Assembly: GCA_041488455.1 (NCBI GenBank)
Contig: JBGPPG010000003.1
Span: 2,445-66,444, forward strand
Reading direction: 5' to 3'
Length of the DNA: 64,000 nucleotides
DNA from: Gemmatimonadota bacterium
GTDB taxonomy: Bacteria > Gemmatimonadota > Gemmatimonadetes > Gemmatimonadales > GWC2-71-9
This document shows, piece after piece, positions 45,818-56,231 of the stretch (its first letter is position 1; every line of letters starts with the position of its first letter). The translations under genes and the position numbers were made by a program. The notes below the pieces were generated by a model. It ran no database searches, was not told the DNA's origin, and saw nothing but the letters and a program-made list of their open reading frames with translations.

Positions 45818-46380
45818 TATACGTTCACGGCTTCAACAGCTCGCCCGCATCGCATAAGGCGCAACTGCTCAAGCACAGGCTGGAGGAGATGGGAAGGGGC
45901 GGCGAGTTCTCCTGTCCGGCACTGCCCGATCGCCCCGCACGGGCCATCGGGCTGCTGGAGGGAGAACTTCGCCGCGCCAGGCCGGAGCAGGTGACGCTGG
46001 TGGGCAGCTCGCTGGGCGGCTACTACGCCACCTATCTGGCCGAGCAGTTCGGTGCGCGCGCGGTGCTCGTCAATCCCGCCGTGAAGCCCTACGAGGGGCT
46101 GCGCGCTTATTTGGGTCCACAGCGAAACCTCTATTCGGGCGAGGTCTACGAGCTGACTGCGCAGCACCTCGACGAGCTGCGTGCGCTGGAGGTAGACCGG
46201 CTCGCCCGCAGCGACCGCTACTACCTGATGGTCACCACCGGCGATGAACTGCTCGACTACCGCGTCGCGGTGCGCAAGTACGCGGGCGCCAAACAGCTCG
46301 TCGTGCAGGGCAGCGACCACGGCTTCGGCGACTTCGCCGACTACCTGGATAGCGTGCTGCACTTCGCCGGGATCTGCTAA
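45811..46380 (+). CDS. YqiA-like esterase (UPF0227 alpha/beta hydrolase)
   Basis: MLIYVHGFNSSPASHKAQLL and the GSSLGGYYA nucleophile elbow. Its start overlaps the MFS gene end. Confidence 0.75.
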   Translation: MLIYVHGFNSSPASHKAQLLKHRLEEMGRGGEFSCPALPDRPARAIGLLEGELRRARPEQVTLVGSSLGGYYATYLAEQFGARAVLVNPAVKPYEGLRAYLGPQRNLYSGEVYELTAQHLDELRALEVDRLARSDRYYLMVTTGDELLDYRVAVRKYAGAKQLVVQGSDHGFGDFADYLDSVLHFAGIC

Positions 46381-46547
46381 GCGGGGTAGCTCACGAGCGC
46401 GGGCATCAATGGGGCCGCGCCACTTCGCTATAATGCCGCGCTCACTTCGGCCGGCACTTTTATGCTGCGTTTCACCGCTTTCCAGCCCCCGGGATCTCGA
46501 GCTGCGATCTGTCTCGCGCCTCGCTCTAGCGCGCGCGCGCGTTGCGC

Positions 46548-48383
46548 ATGAACGTCTTTTACGAGGAGGAAGGCAGTTTCAGGATCGGCACCATCCTCGC
46601 CGATAACGACACGTCGCTGCAGGTCGAGGCGCCGCACGGCAAACGCAGCAAGGTAAAAACCTCCAGCGTCCTGTTCCGGTTCAACCAGCCGCTGTCCGGC
46701 TTCATGGAGGGCGCGCAGAAAACGGCCGAGGGTATGGACCTGGACTTCCTGTGGGAGTGCTGCGGGCAGGAGGAATTCTCCTACGACACGCTGGCGCGTG
46801 ACTACTTCGGACACCCGCCCGACCCGCGGGAATTGGCCGCCGTGCTGCTGCGCCTGCACGGTGCCCCGATGTACTTCTACAAGAAGGGCAAGGGGCGCTA
46901 CCGGCCGGCCCCGCCCGAGGCCCTCAAGTCCGCGCTTGCCAGCGTCGAGCGCAAGCGTCAGCAGGCGCTGCTGCAGGCCCAGTACGTCGAGCAGCTGCAG
47001 CGTTTCGCGTTACCCGAGGCGTTCCGACCGCGTCTCGCGGAACTGCTGTACAAGCCCGACCGCAGCACGGTGGAGGTGAAGGCGCTGGAGGAAGCAGCCG
47101 GGCAGCTGAGGCTCTCGACCCTACGGCTGCTGGAGAAGTGCGGCGCGATCGCTTCCACCCGAGACTATCACTTCGATCGCTTCCTGTTCGAGCATTTCCC
47201 GCGTGGCATCGGCTTCGCCGCTTCCGGCGAGACGGCGCCGCTCATCGAGCTGCCTGGCGCGGACGTCGCAGCCTTCAGCATCGACGACAGCACCACCACC
47301 GAGATCGACGATGCCTTCTCGGTTACACCAGTGCCCGGCGGTGGTTGGCGCGTTGGCATCCACATCGCCGCGCCAGCGGTGGGGATAGCGCCGGGCTCGC
47401 CAGTGGACCAGGAGGCGGCGACGCGGCTTTCCACGGTTTACACACCGGGCGAAAAGATCACCATGCTGCCGGACTCGGCCATCGCGCGCTACTCTCTGAC
47501 CGAGGGCCGCATGTGCCCGGTGCTGACGCTGTATCTGGAGCTCTCCTCGGATCTCGCCGTGCGCGGCAGCCGCACCGCGCTCGAGCAGGTCCGCATCGCG
47601 GCCAACCTGCGGCATGCGGAGCTAGAAGCGCAGTTCAACGAAGAAAGCCTGACCGCGGTGTTACCCGACTTCCCCTTCGCGCGCGAGCTGAAGTTGCTGT
47701 GGGAGCTCGCCACAGTGCTGGAAGCCGGACGCGGACGCCCGGAGCAGGTGAGAGCGGTCCACATGGACTACAACTTCTACATCGAGAACGAGCGCGTGCG
47801 CATCGTCGAGCGCCGGCGCGGCTCGCCGGTGGACAAGCTGGTGTCGGAGTTGATGATCCTGGTCAACTCGGAGTGGGGCCGCGCCCTGGCGGAGGCCGGG
47901 ATAGCCGCCATCTATCGAGTCCAGAGCAACGGCAAAGTGCGCATGTCCACAGTCCCCTCGGGCCATCACGGCCTGGGCGTGTCCCAGTATATCTGGGCCA
48001 GCTCGCCCATCAGACGCTACGTAGACCTCATCAACCAGCGCCAGCTCGTAGCCTGGCATCGCGGCGAGCCGGCGCCTTATACCGCCGGCAGCGAGCAGAT
48101 GCTCTCGGCCATACGCGACTTCGAGATCGCCTCCGATATCTATGCGGAGTTCCAGCACAGCATGGAGCGCTACTGGTGCCTGCGCTGGCTGATCCAGGAG
48201 GGCGTGGTCGCAATCTCTGCCGAGGTGATCCGGGAGAACCTCGTCAAGATCGACCGTATCCCGCTCATGGCTCGAGTGATGTCGCTGCCGACCCTGGAGC
48301 CCGGGGTAAAGGTTGAACTCGAAATCTCCGATATCGATCTGTTGGAGCTGACTTTCCACGCGGAGTACATCGGTGCCGCCTAG
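46548..48383 (+). CDS. RNB-domain exoribonuclease (RNase II/R family)
   Basis: It has an N-terminal OB-like region, an RNB motif IDDSTTTEIDDAFSV, and later SPIRRYVDLINQRQL. Confidence 0.8.
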   Translation: MNVFYEEEGSFRIGTILADNDTSLQVEAPHGKRSKVKTSSVLFRFNQPLSGFMEGAQKTAEGMDLDFLWECCGQEEFSYDTLARDYFGHPPDPRELAAVLLRLHGAPMYFYKKGKGRYRPAPPEALKSALASVERKRQQALLQAQYVEQLQRFALPEAFRPRLAELLYKPDRSTVEVKALEEAAGQLRLSTLRLLEKCGAIASTRDYHFDRFLFEHFPRGIGFAASGETAPLIELPGADVAAFSIDDSTTTEIDDAFSVTPVPGGGWRVGIHIAAPAVGIAPGSPVDQEAATRLSTVYTPGEKITMLPDSAIARYSLTEGRMCPVLTLYLELSSDLAVRGSRTALEQVRIAANLRHAELEAQFNEESLTAVLPDFPFARELKLLWELATVLEAGRGRPEQVRAVHMDYNFYIENERVRIVERRRGSPVDKLVSELMILVNSEWGRALAEAGIAAIYRVQSNGKVRMSTVPSGHHGLGVSQYIWASSPIRRYVDLINQRQLVAWHRGEPAPYTAGSEQMLSAIRDFEIASDIYAEFQHSMERYWCLRWLIQEGVVAISAEVIRENLVKIDRIPLMARVMSLPTLEPGVKVELEISDIDLLELTFHAEYIGAA

Positions 48384-48443
48384 GGCGAGCCGGCATGCAC
48401 TGTGCTGTGACAGGCTCTGCCATCTCACCTAAAATAGATAATC

Positions 48444-49394
48444 TTGACTGTTGCCTCGCCAGCATTGCCGGTTCCTCGCACGGCCGCCAGCCGGGCCGAT
48501 CGGTCCGACCCGGTCGTCGATCCCCTCTTTCCGCCTTCCAGCAGTGGCCCGCTCAGCGTCGCGCTGGCCCTGTCCCTGGTCTTCCACTCGGTTCTGCTGC
48601 TGATCACGTTCCAGTTTCCTGACGCGTTGAACTCCAAAACCGCCGCGGCACCCATCGAGGTAGTCCTGGTGAACAGTAAATCGGCGTCGCGTCCGTTGCG
48701 CGCCGACGCGTTGGCCCAGGCGCACCTGGACGGGGGCGGCAACACCGAGGCCAACCGGCGTGCCAAGACCAATCTGCCCGCGCTGCCCGACATGCCCAGC
48801 GATGCGCAGTTGTCGTTGGCCTCCAGGCGCGTGCAGCAGCTGGAATTGGAAGCCCGTCACCTCCTGAGTCGGCTCGAGCCCGGCAGCAATGCCGCCGATC
48901 CGAACACACGACCTGTCGAGCAGGTATTACCGAACCATGCACCCAAGCTCGCCGATCTGCCCCACGAGCAATTGGCGATCGCGCGGCTGGAGGCGCAGAT
49001 CGCGCGGGAATGGGAGGCGTACCAGAAGCTGCCCAAGCGCAAGTTCTTGGGCGCGCGCACCCAGAGCGCGCTGGAAGCCGAGTATCTGGACTCGTGGCGT
49101 CAGCGTATCGAGCGCGTCGGAACGGCCAACTTCCCGGGCGAGGCTAAGCGGCGCGGCGTGTTCGGCATCGTGATGGTGACCGTGGGGATCAGGGCCGACG
49201 GGACGGTCGAGCGGGTCGAGATCGATCGCTCCTCCGGCTCGCCCATTCTGGACATCGCGGTGGAGAAGATCGTTCAGCTCGCCGGCCCGTTCCGGCCGTT
49301 CCCGGCCGAACTGCGGAAGGAGGCCGACATCCTCCACATCACCCGAAACTGGGCCTTTACCCGCAGCGATCTTCTGCTGACCAGCGACAACTAG
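48444..49394 (+). CDS. TonB-family energy-transducer C-terminal domain protein
   Basis: It has an N-terminal TM, a long linker and a C-terminal domain (FPGEAKRRGVFGIVMVTVGIRADGTVERVEIDRSSGSPILD). The TTG start is uncertain. Confidence 0.7.
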   Translation: MTVASPALPVPRTAASRADRSDPVVDPLFPPSSSGPLSVALALSLVFHSVLLLITFQFPDALNSKTAAAPIEVVLVNSKSASRPLRADALAQAHLDGGGNTEANRRAKTNLPALPDMPSDAQLSLASRRVQQLELEARHLLSRLEPGSNAADPNTRPVEQVLPNHAPKLADLPHEQLAIARLEAQIAREWEAYQKLPKRKFLGARTQSALEAEYLDSWRQRIERVGTANFPGEAKRRGVFGIVMVTVGIRADGTVERVEIDRSSGSPILDIAVEKIVQLAGPFRPFPAELRKEADILHITRNWAFTRSDLLLTSDN

Positions 49395-49402
49395 CCTGCC
49401 CC

Positions 49403-50233
49403 GTGACCGACCGCTACGCCGTCATCGGCAACCCGGTGGCGCACAGCAAGTCACCCTTCATCCACGCCGAGTTTGCCCGGCAGACCGGCCAGGAGCTGGT
49501 CTACGAGCGCATCCTCGCGCCCCTGGACCGGTTTGCCGCGACTGTCGAAGACTTCCGCGCCGAGGGCGGCCATGGACTCAACGTGACGCTGCCGTTCAAG
49601 CTGGAGGCGTTCAGGCTCGCCAACGAGCACGGAGCGCGGGCCCGGGATGCGGAAGCCGTCAATACGCTGAAGTTCGAGGGCGCCACGATCTACGGCGACA
49701 ACACCGACGGCATCGGACTGGTGCGCGACATCGAGGCCAATCTGGGCTTTCAGATCGAGGGGCGTGACGTGCTGGTGATGGGCGCAGGCGGTGCGGCGCA
49801 GGGCGCGCTAGCCGTGCTGCTGGACGCGAGACCCGCGCGGCTGGTGATTGCCAATCGTACGGTGGAGAAAGCCGAGCGGCTCGCGGCGCGCTTGCGCAGC
49901 GACCGAGGGGTCAGCGCCGCGATCCTGAGCGCGAGCGGCTACCCCGAGCTGGCCGGTCGGCAGTTCGAGTTGATCGTCAACTCCACATCGGCCAGCCTGA
50001 ACGACACCGCGCCCGACCTGCCGGAAGGCGCGTTCGCGCGCGACTGTCTGGCCTACGACATGATGTACGGCAAGGGCATGACCCCGTTCCTGGAGATGGC
50101 GCTGACCCAGGGCGCCGCACGGCTGGCCGACGGGATCGGCATGCTGGTCGAGCAGGCGGCCGAATCCTTCCTCATCTGGCGCGGCGTGCGCCCGCAAACT
50201 CGTTCCGTCATCGAAGCGCTCAAGGCGCGATGA
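49403..50233 (+). CDS. aroE: shikimate dehydrogenase
   Basis: YAVIGNPVAHSKSPFIHAEF, NVTLPFK and the GAGGAAQG NADP site. Confidence 0.9.
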   Translation: MTDRYAVIGNPVAHSKSPFIHAEFARQTGQELVYERILAPLDRFAATVEDFRAEGGHGLNVTLPFKLEAFRLANEHGARARDAEAVNTLKFEGATIYGDNTDGIGLVRDIEANLGFQIEGRDVLVMGAGGAAQGALAVLLDARPARLVIANRTVEKAERLAARLRSDRGVSAAILSASGYPELAGRQFELIVNSTSASLNDTAPDLPEGAFARDCLAYDMMYGKGMTPFLEMALTQGAARLADGIGMLVEQAAESFLIWRGVRPQTRSVIEALKAR

Positions 50234-50928
50234 AGAGAAAGCCGTGGCGTTGGCTCGGGCGGGCGCTCGTGCTCGGCATCGGGCTGCTGCTCGTATACGA
50301 GCTGTGGATCTTCGGGCACGTGCTGTGGTGGAACTGGTTCAATCCCTCCACCAGCGCATTTATGGAGCAGCGCCTCGAGCTGCTGCAAGAGCGCAGCCAC
50401 GAGGCAAAGCTGCGCCACCAGTGGGTGGCCTACGACAAGATCTCCTTGAACCTCAAGCGCGCCTTGATCGCGGCCGAGGACGCGAACTTCATGGAGCACG
50501 AGGGGTTCGACTGGGACGCGATCCAGAAGGCCTATGAGAAGAACCTGAAGAAGGGCAAGATCGTCGCTGGCGGCTCCACCATCAGCCAGCAATTGGCCAA
50601 GAACCTGTTCCTGTCCGGACGCCGCTCCCCGCTGCGCAAGGTGCAGGAGGCGATCATCACGGTCATGATCGAGACGGTGATGAACAAACAGCGGATCTTC
50701 GAGATCTATCTCAACAGCATCGAGTGGGGCAACGCCGTGTTCGGTGCAGAAGCCGCGTCGCGCTATTACTTCAACCACGGCGCTGCAAACCTGGACGCCT
50801 GGGAGGCCGCCCGCCTGGCCGCCATGGTCCCCAAGCCGCGCTACTACGATCGCAACCGCGACACGCCTTGGCTGGACGCCAAGACCAACCTGATCCTGGA
50901 GCGCATGCCGTCCGCGCAGGTCCCCTGA
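50230..50928 (+). CDS. mtgA: monofunctional biosynthetic peptidoglycan transglycosylase
   Basis: It has the GT51 motifs AAEDANFMEHEGFD, GGSTISQQLAKN and RKVQEAIIT. The start overlaps the upstream stop as ATGA. Confidence 0.9.
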   Translation: MKRKPWRWLGRALVLGIGLLLVYELWIFGHVLWWNWFNPSTSAFMEQRLELLQERSHEAKLRHQWVAYDKISLNLKRALIAAEDANFMEHEGFDWDAIQKAYEKNLKKGKIVAGGSTISQQLAKNLFLSGRRSPLRKVQEAIITVMIETVMNKQRIFEIYLNSIEWGNAVFGAEAASRYYFNHGAANLDAWEAARLAAMVPKPRYYDRNRDTPWLDAKTNLILERMPSAQVP

Positions 50929-50959
50929 AAGATTGATGGCTCCGTGGTTAGTGTGATCC

Positions 50960-51844
50960 TTGCCTGAGCTGCCCGACATCGTCGTGTACATCGAAGCGCT
51001 GGACGCAAGGATCGTCGGCCAGAGGCTGGAACGCGTCCGGCTGCTCAATCCGTTCTTGCTGCGAACGGCGGATCCGCCCATCAGCGCGGTGGAAGGCAGG
51101 CGGGTAACCGGCTTGCGTCGCGTCGGCAAGCGCATCGTGATCGGACTGGAAGGCGAGCTGTTCGTCGTGCTGCACCTGATGATCGCCGGCCGGCTGCGCT
51201 GGAGCGTCGCGGGAGGCAGGGCGGCTGGGCGTGTCGGACTGGCAGTGTTCGAGTTTTCCAGCGGCGCGCTGGTGTTCGCCGAAGCCGGCACCAAGCGGCG
51301 CGCCTCGCTGCACCTCGCGCAGGGCGAGGCGGCGCTGGAGCGGTTCGATGCCGGCGGGTTGGAGGTGCTGGAGGCGGATCTCGCCGCTTTTTCCGCGCGC
51401 TTGAAAGCGGAGAACCACACGCTCAAGCGCGCGCTCACCGACCCGCGCATCTTCAGCGGCATCGGCAACGCTTACTCGGACGAGATCCTGCATCGGGCGA
51501 GACTCTCGCCGGTCGTGCTCACCTCTCAGCTCACCGCGGACGAATCAGCGCGGCTGCACGAGGCGGCGCGTGAGACCCTGACCGAGTGGACGCAACGCCT
51601 GCGCCAGGTTGCGGGCAGCGCGTTCCCCGACAAGGTCACGGCCTTTCGCGACGGGATGGCGGTGCACGGCCGCTACGGGCAGCCCTGCCCCGTGTGCCGC
51701 GCGCCGGTGCAACGCATCGTCTACGCAGAGAACGAGACTAACTACTGTGCCCGCTGCCAGACCGGCGGGCGTGTCCTCGCCGACCGCGCGCTGTCTCGGC
51801 TGTTGAAGAAAAGTTGGCCGCGCAGCATAGACGAGCTGGACTAA
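50960..51844 (+). CDS. Fpg/Nei-family DNA glycosylase/AP lyase
   Basis: A TTG start is followed by PELPDIV (catalytic N-terminal Pro). The H2TH region is GIGNAYSDEILH and the C-terminal zinc finger is CPVC...CARC. Confidence 0.8.
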   Translation: MPELPDIVVYIEALDARIVGQRLERVRLLNPFLLRTADPPISAVEGRRVTGLRRVGKRIVIGLEGELFVVLHLMIAGRLRWSVAGGRAAGRVGLAVFEFSSGALVFAEAGTKRRASLHLAQGEAALERFDAGGLEVLEADLAAFSARLKAENHTLKRALTDPRIFSGIGNAYSDEILHRARLSPVVLTSQLTADESARLHEAARETLTEWTQRLRQVAGSAFPDKVTAFRDGMAVHGRYGQPCPVCRAPVQRIVYAENETNYCARCQTGGRVLADRALSRLLKKSWPRSIDELD

Positions 51845-51865
51845 AGGGTCTGACGAGCCTTGGAC

Positions 51866-53410
51866 CTACCGGCGCTGTTCGAAGATGCGATAGTGCCCGA
51901 GGTCGAACTCGTCGCTGCTCTCCACCAAGCCGAGCGGGAGCAGCAGGTACTGACGGTCGTACGCGCGCATCACGAGGTTACGCGAGGGTGAAAACAAGCC
52001 GGGACGCATGAGCAGCGTCGCTTCCCCGGTCTGGACAGTGGCCGACGGCAGCAGAATGCACAGCTCGCCCTGCGGCGGCAGGGGGCTGTCCTTTGCGCTC
52101 GTCGACGCCGCCAGGATGGTAACCGCGGCGCCCCCATGGGCCAAGATCTCGATGCCGATGTAGCGGTTGGCTTGCTCGTCCGTGGTCACGCGGCGCACGA
52201 TCCCGGCGCCCCAGGAAACGCCCTCCTCCCGCCGGATGCCGATCAGATTGCCGACCTTGAGCCAGGCGCCGTTCGGTTGCGATACGAAGACCCCGAGCCC
52301 GCCTTTGCTTTCGTTCTCGACCACCCACTCCTCGTCGTTGCTGACGAACGGCGATTCGAGGAATAGCCCGCCTACGTTGGCCACTACTTCCTCGTAGTCG
52401 TGCACGACGCTTACACGCTCCACGTGCCGGCGCCGCCGCTCCTTGCGCTGTGGCAACATCGGTGCCCAATAGCGCAGCAGGTGACGCAGCGTCGTCTGCA
52501 CCAACGCTGGATCGTAGTCGCCCCCCAACGCGAGGTCGGGAGGCAGCGCTTGGCTCCGGTCGATGGACTGCATGATCTGCTCGACCTCAGCCGAAGCCTC
52601 TCCGGCCCCGAAGCCACGCATGCTCGCCGTTAGACGGGAGTTAGCGGGCAGCCGCCCGGGCGGGCGCTCGCCGGACAGCTCGAAAATGTAATGGACTCCC
52701 CGAGCCGGGCGCGGCGCCATGCGAAAGCGGCCCGCCAGCTGGGCGATGACACGCTCGGCGATTTCGATCTGCGCCGGGAGCAGGCCGTCGGGCGAGGATA
52801 CGGCCAGCATGAGAGCGCGCAGCAACTCGCGTTCGGGGCTGGACTCGCCCGTGGCCCCGCGGTAGACGCCAAGGGTGATCTGTGCGAACCGCAGCGACTC
52901 GGCGAGCAGGTACAGCCCGCCCAGGTCCTGCCACACCCGCGGCTCGACCGGACCATAGCGCAACAGCGTCCACTTGAGCTGTCCGGCACAGGCCCGCATC
53001 GCCCTGCAGGTGATCCGGGGCAGTTGCGGCTTGAGCGCGGCGGCGCCCACGGCACCGACCTCGTACTTGGCCAGGCAGAAGCGGTAGCCCTCCGCCATCT
53101 GGGTCCAGTAGGCGTAGACGGTGGTCCACAACCGCGCCTGCTGGAACCTGGTCAGGCGCTGGCCCTCGGCCACGAGCCCCTGATTTAGCCGGCGCTCCAG
53201 TGGGCGCCCGCTGCGATCTAGCAGGTCGACGATCTCGAACGCCCGCCCGGGCTTCAGGTTTTCCGCGGTCTTTACGGCGTCGAGGTAGGACGACACCAGC
53301 TCCAGGGCCGGGATGGGATCCTTCCCCGCTAGCTCGTCGAGCAGGATGCTCGCTCCATCCTTGTCGTCGAGGAGGTGGTCCGATCTCCTGCTCCTGATCC
53401 AACTCAGCAT
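51866..53410 (-). CDS. hypothetical protein with C-terminal PilZ-like motifs (possible c-di-GMP receptor)
   Basis: 514 aa from ATG 53410, with an [22 protein letters not shown] (RxxxR) is followed ~40 aa later by [12 protein letters not shown] (N-x-S-x-x-G). Confidence 0.5.
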   Translation of the reverse strand: MLSWIRSRRSDHLLDDKDGASILLDELAGKDPIPALELVSSYLDAVKTAENLKPGRAFEIVDLLDRSGRPLERRLNQGLVAEGQRLTRFQQARLWTTVYAYWTQMAEGYRFCLAKYEVGAVGAAALKPQLPRITCRAMRACAGQLKWTLLRYGPVEPRVWQDLGGLYLLAESLRFAQITLGVYRGATGESSPERELLRALMLAVSSPDGLLPAQIEIAERVIAQLAGRFRMAPRPARGVHYIFELSGERPPGRLPANSRLTASMRGFGAGEASAEVEQIMQSIDRSQALPPDLALGGDYDPALVQTTLRHLLRYWAPMLPQRKERRRRHVERVSVVHDYEEVVANVGGLFLESPFVSNDEEWVVENESKGGLGVFVSQPNGAWLKVGNLIGIRREEGVSWGAGIVRRVTTDEQANRYIGIEILAHGGAAVTILAASTSAKDSPLPPQGELCILLPSATVQTGEATLLMRPGLFSPSRNLVMRAYDRQYLLLPLGLVESSDEFDLGHYRIFEQRR

Positions 53411-53606
53411 GCCGCCCTCCCGCGCTCCGGAACTCTGCAATGGCACGCGGATTGTGACCGTATTGCACCCGACTGCGCTAGTGCCGCAATGGGTTCCACC
53501 GGGACGGTCGGGCGAGAGCGGCGTAACGGCGCACTCGGCGGCCTCCCTTATAATGCGGTCATTGCGGTCGGAACGAGCGGCCGCCCGACCACACCCGACC
53601 GCCCGC

Positions 53607-54410
53607 ATGTTGGTTCACCCTCAGTTCGACCCCGTTGCGCTGCAACTGGGCCCGGTCTCCGTCCGCTGGTACGGGCTCATGTATCTGGTCGGCTTCGTGG
53701 CCGGCCTGCTCCTCGGTCGTGTACGCGTGCGGACGCGCCCGGACCTTGGCTGGAGCACGCGCGACTTAGACGACTTGCTTTTCTACTGCGTGCTCGGCGT
53801 GGTGCTGGGCGGGCGGCTAGGCTACGTGCTCTTCTATAAGTTTTCGGAGTACATGCACGATCCAATCCGTATGTTGTACGTATGGGAGGGCGGCATGTCC
53901 TTCCACGGCGGCTTCCTGGGCGTGATCCTGGCGATGTGGTGGTTCGCGCGCCGCTCCCACCGCAAGTGGTTCGAGGTGACCGACTTTCTCGCGCCGCTGG
54001 CCCCGCTTGGCTTAGGCGCGGGCCGCATCGGCAACTTCATCAACGCCGAGCTGTGGGGGCGCCCCACGGACGTGCCATGGGCGATGATCTTCCGCAATGT
54101 GGACGAGCTGCCGCGGCATCCTTCGCAGCTGTATGAGGCGGGGCTGGAAGGCGTGTTGTTGTTTGCGATCCTCTGGTTCTACTCCCGCAAGCCGCGCCCG
54201 ACCGGGGCCGTATCCGGGCTATTCCTGCTCGGTTACGGCGTGCTGCGCTTCCTGGTGGAGTTCACGCGCGAGCCCGACAGCTTCCTCGGACTGCTGGCCA
54301 TGGGATGGTCCATGGGGCAGTGGCTCAGCGTGCCTATGATCCTGGGCGGGCTCGTCATGCTGATCTGGGCCTATCGGCCGCACCGGGCCCGCGCCCGCGC
54401 GCGCTACTGA
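53607..54410 (+). CDS. lgt: prolipoprotein diacylglyceryl transferase
   Basis: [39 protein letters not shown] and HPSQLYE. Confidence 0.9.
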   Translation: MLVHPQFDPVALQLGPVSVRWYGLMYLVGFVAGLLLGRVRVRTRPDLGWSTRDLDDLLFYCVLGVVLGGRLGYVLFYKFSEYMHDPIRMLYVWEGGMSFHGGFLGVILAMWWFARRSHRKWFEVTDFLAPLAPLGLGAGRIGNFINAELWGRPTDVPWAMIFRNVDELPRHPSQLYEAGLEGVLLFAILWFYSRKPRPTGAVSGLFLLGYGVLRFLVEFTREPDSFLGLLAMGWSMGQWLSVPMILGGLVMLIWAYRPHRARARARY

Positions 54411-54420
54411 GGGCCTCGGC

Positions 54421-55194
54421 CTAGTTGTACTGCTTCGGGCTGGAAGGCGGATCGGCTGCGAAGAAGCTGCGGCGGCTGAGCAAGCGCTGGAAATTGTCCT
54501 GCGAGAACAGGTGGGCGTAGATGTGATCGAGCCAGCCCTTGGACACGAGGTCGTGCAGTTCTCCGTGGCCCAGCTCCAGCAGCGCCTCGCGGTTCACCCG
54601 GAACAGATCCTCCATCGACAGCGAGAACCCGCCTACCAGCTCGGCGCGCAGCGTGAAGGGCTCCAGGAGGTTCAGCCGTGCGAACGCACCGCACATGTCC
54701 CGAGTCAGAGTCAGGTCGTCCTCGTACTCGTGCAGCATGCGCTCGATCATGGTCCAGTGCGGCAGCGGTTCACCCAGCTCGTCGAACATCGGACGTCCTT
54801 CGGCTGCGTCCACGGCCTCGGGGTCGACGCAGATCAGCCGCTCGCCTTGACCGACGGCGGCCTCCTGTGCGGCGACCAGGCAGAACGGATAGCGGCGCAC
54901 ATAGGCCGGCATGTATGTGCGCCGGTCCCATTTGCCGTCCGCCATGACGAACAGGTTCTGCCCCTCGTGCATCCCCAAGATGACCATCGACGTGAACCCG
55001 GGCTGGCCACTGCGCCGCACGAACACGATCGGATAGTCGCGCACGGCGGCCGGAAACTCGGCGGCACTGATTGGAACGGCGTGCAGCCGATGACAGAATG
55101 CTGGCGCTTCGCCCGACTCGGGCAGCCGGAGCCGAATGCTGCGGTCCAGCGGGACGATGTGTTTGTAGCCATACGGCTTGTCGCTCAGATTCAC
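54421..55194 (-). CDS. SapC family protein
   Basis: FPAAVRDYPIVFV and YMPAYVRRYPFCL are SapC hallmarks, with a GTG start. Confidence 0.8.
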   Translation of the reverse strand: MNLSDKPYGYKHIVPLDRSIRLRLPESGEAPAFCHRLHAVPISAAEFPAAVRDYPIVFVRRSGQPGFTSMVILGMHEGQNLFVMADGKWDRRTYMPAYVRRYPFCLVAAQEAAVGQGERLICVDPEAVDAAEGRPMFDELGEPLPHWTMIERMLHEYEDDLTLTRDMCGAFARLNLLEPFTLRAELVGGFSLSMEDLFRVNREALLELGHGELHDLVSKGWLDHIYAHLFSQDNFQRLLSRRSFFAADPPSSPKQYN

Positions 55195-55349
55195 GCGTCC
55201 TCTCGCTTCGGTCTGGTCAAAGTCGGTTTACCGCCTAAAGCTTTTTGAGTATATGATATGCGTCCACTCGCCGCCCGGGCACCTCAGTAGTGCCAACGTA
55301 ATCAACTCCTTGGGGCGGTCCGGTTGCTCCGGGCTCACCCGGGAAGCGT

Positions 55350-55425
<76 letters not shown>

Positions 55426-55687
55426 CACACTCCCTCAGTTCGACCCGCAAGCCCCCCGGGGTTAACAGACCTGTTACGTCCAAGGTGTACTCCCCACCCT
55501 CGACACCCTCGCATCGATCGTGCCAGAAGCAGCGGAAGCACATGCCGTCGCTGTTTTCTCTAGACGGTGGCGGGACGTTGCAATCGCGTCGTGCTATGCT
55601 TTTTGTGGGAACTTGGTTTGACTTGACTGCGCCATGGGATCGCGCACGCGGTGCCGGTTCGCGCAGCAGGCTCAGGGGGTCAGGTCG

Positions 55688-56056
55688 ATGAGCAGACAAC
55701 TCGTCATCACCTATAACGCTGACCGTGACATGCTCGGTTTGGTGTCCGACGAGGACTACGAGGCCTTCAAGGACATCCTGCTCGAGCAGCTGCACAAGGA
55801 GTGGCCCAAGGCAGCTATCGCCATCGACGATGGTGAGCATGCCGGCGTGGAAGTCGAGATCGTGGATGGCGACTACCCCACCGTTAAGGCGGAGCAGGAA
55901 GCCAGATCCGACGTGGAATCCCGAGTGCACGAGATCGCCAACGATGTGATCGAGGCGCGCGAATGGGCCACCGAGGATCTCGAGACCTACGACGACGACT
56001 ACGAAGAGGAGCTCGAGGAGCGCCGCGGCGCTGACGAGGACCGCGACGACTACTGA
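55688..56056 (+). CDS. orphan highly acidic hypothetical protein (122 aa)
   Basis: MSRQLVITYNADRDMLGLVSDEDYEAFKDILLEQL... ends in a D/E-rich tail (TYDDDYEEELEERRGADEDRDDY). No family was recognised. Confidence 0.45.
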   Translation: MSRQLVITYNADRDMLGLVSDEDYEAFKDILLEQLHKEWPKAAIAIDDGEHAGVEVEIVDGDYPTVKAEQEARSDVESRVHEIANDVIEAREWATEDLETYDDDYEEELEERRGADEDRDDY

Positions 56057-56231
56057 GAGCGTCGCCCTTATTCGCCCGGCAGGGGTGGGCCTGGTCGCTC
56101 AGCGCCTGGTCTGCAGTCGGCTCGGAGCTAGCGCGGACAGGGGTCTCCCCGGGGATGTGGCAGTGGAGCCGGCCAAGGCGCGCCATCCATCGAGCAAGCC
56201 GATGAAACGTGCCCCTGCTTGGGCCGGCGCC

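Noticed and set aside
46434-46606. A small upstream ORF or leader peptide and a (CG)n run in the long 5' region of the RNB ribonuclease gene.
   Set aside because: The ORF overlaps the ribonuclease start in another frame. It has no RBS and no recognisable attenuator arrangement. The CG run is short (about six repeats).
53441-53456. A sigma-54 look-alike, TGGCACGCGGATTGTG, in the PilZ-protein/lgt divergent intergenic region.
   Set aside because: The -12 element reads GT rather than GC. The site is ~150 nt from the housekeeping lgt gene, and a TATAAT-type -10 box (~53546) is a simpler explanation for lgt transcription.
55426-56231. An integrated genomic island at the tRNA-Ala 3' end.
   Set aside because: No direct repeat of the tRNA 3' segment, no integrase and no mobility genes were seen. 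The interval holds only one small ORF before the convergent kup gene.
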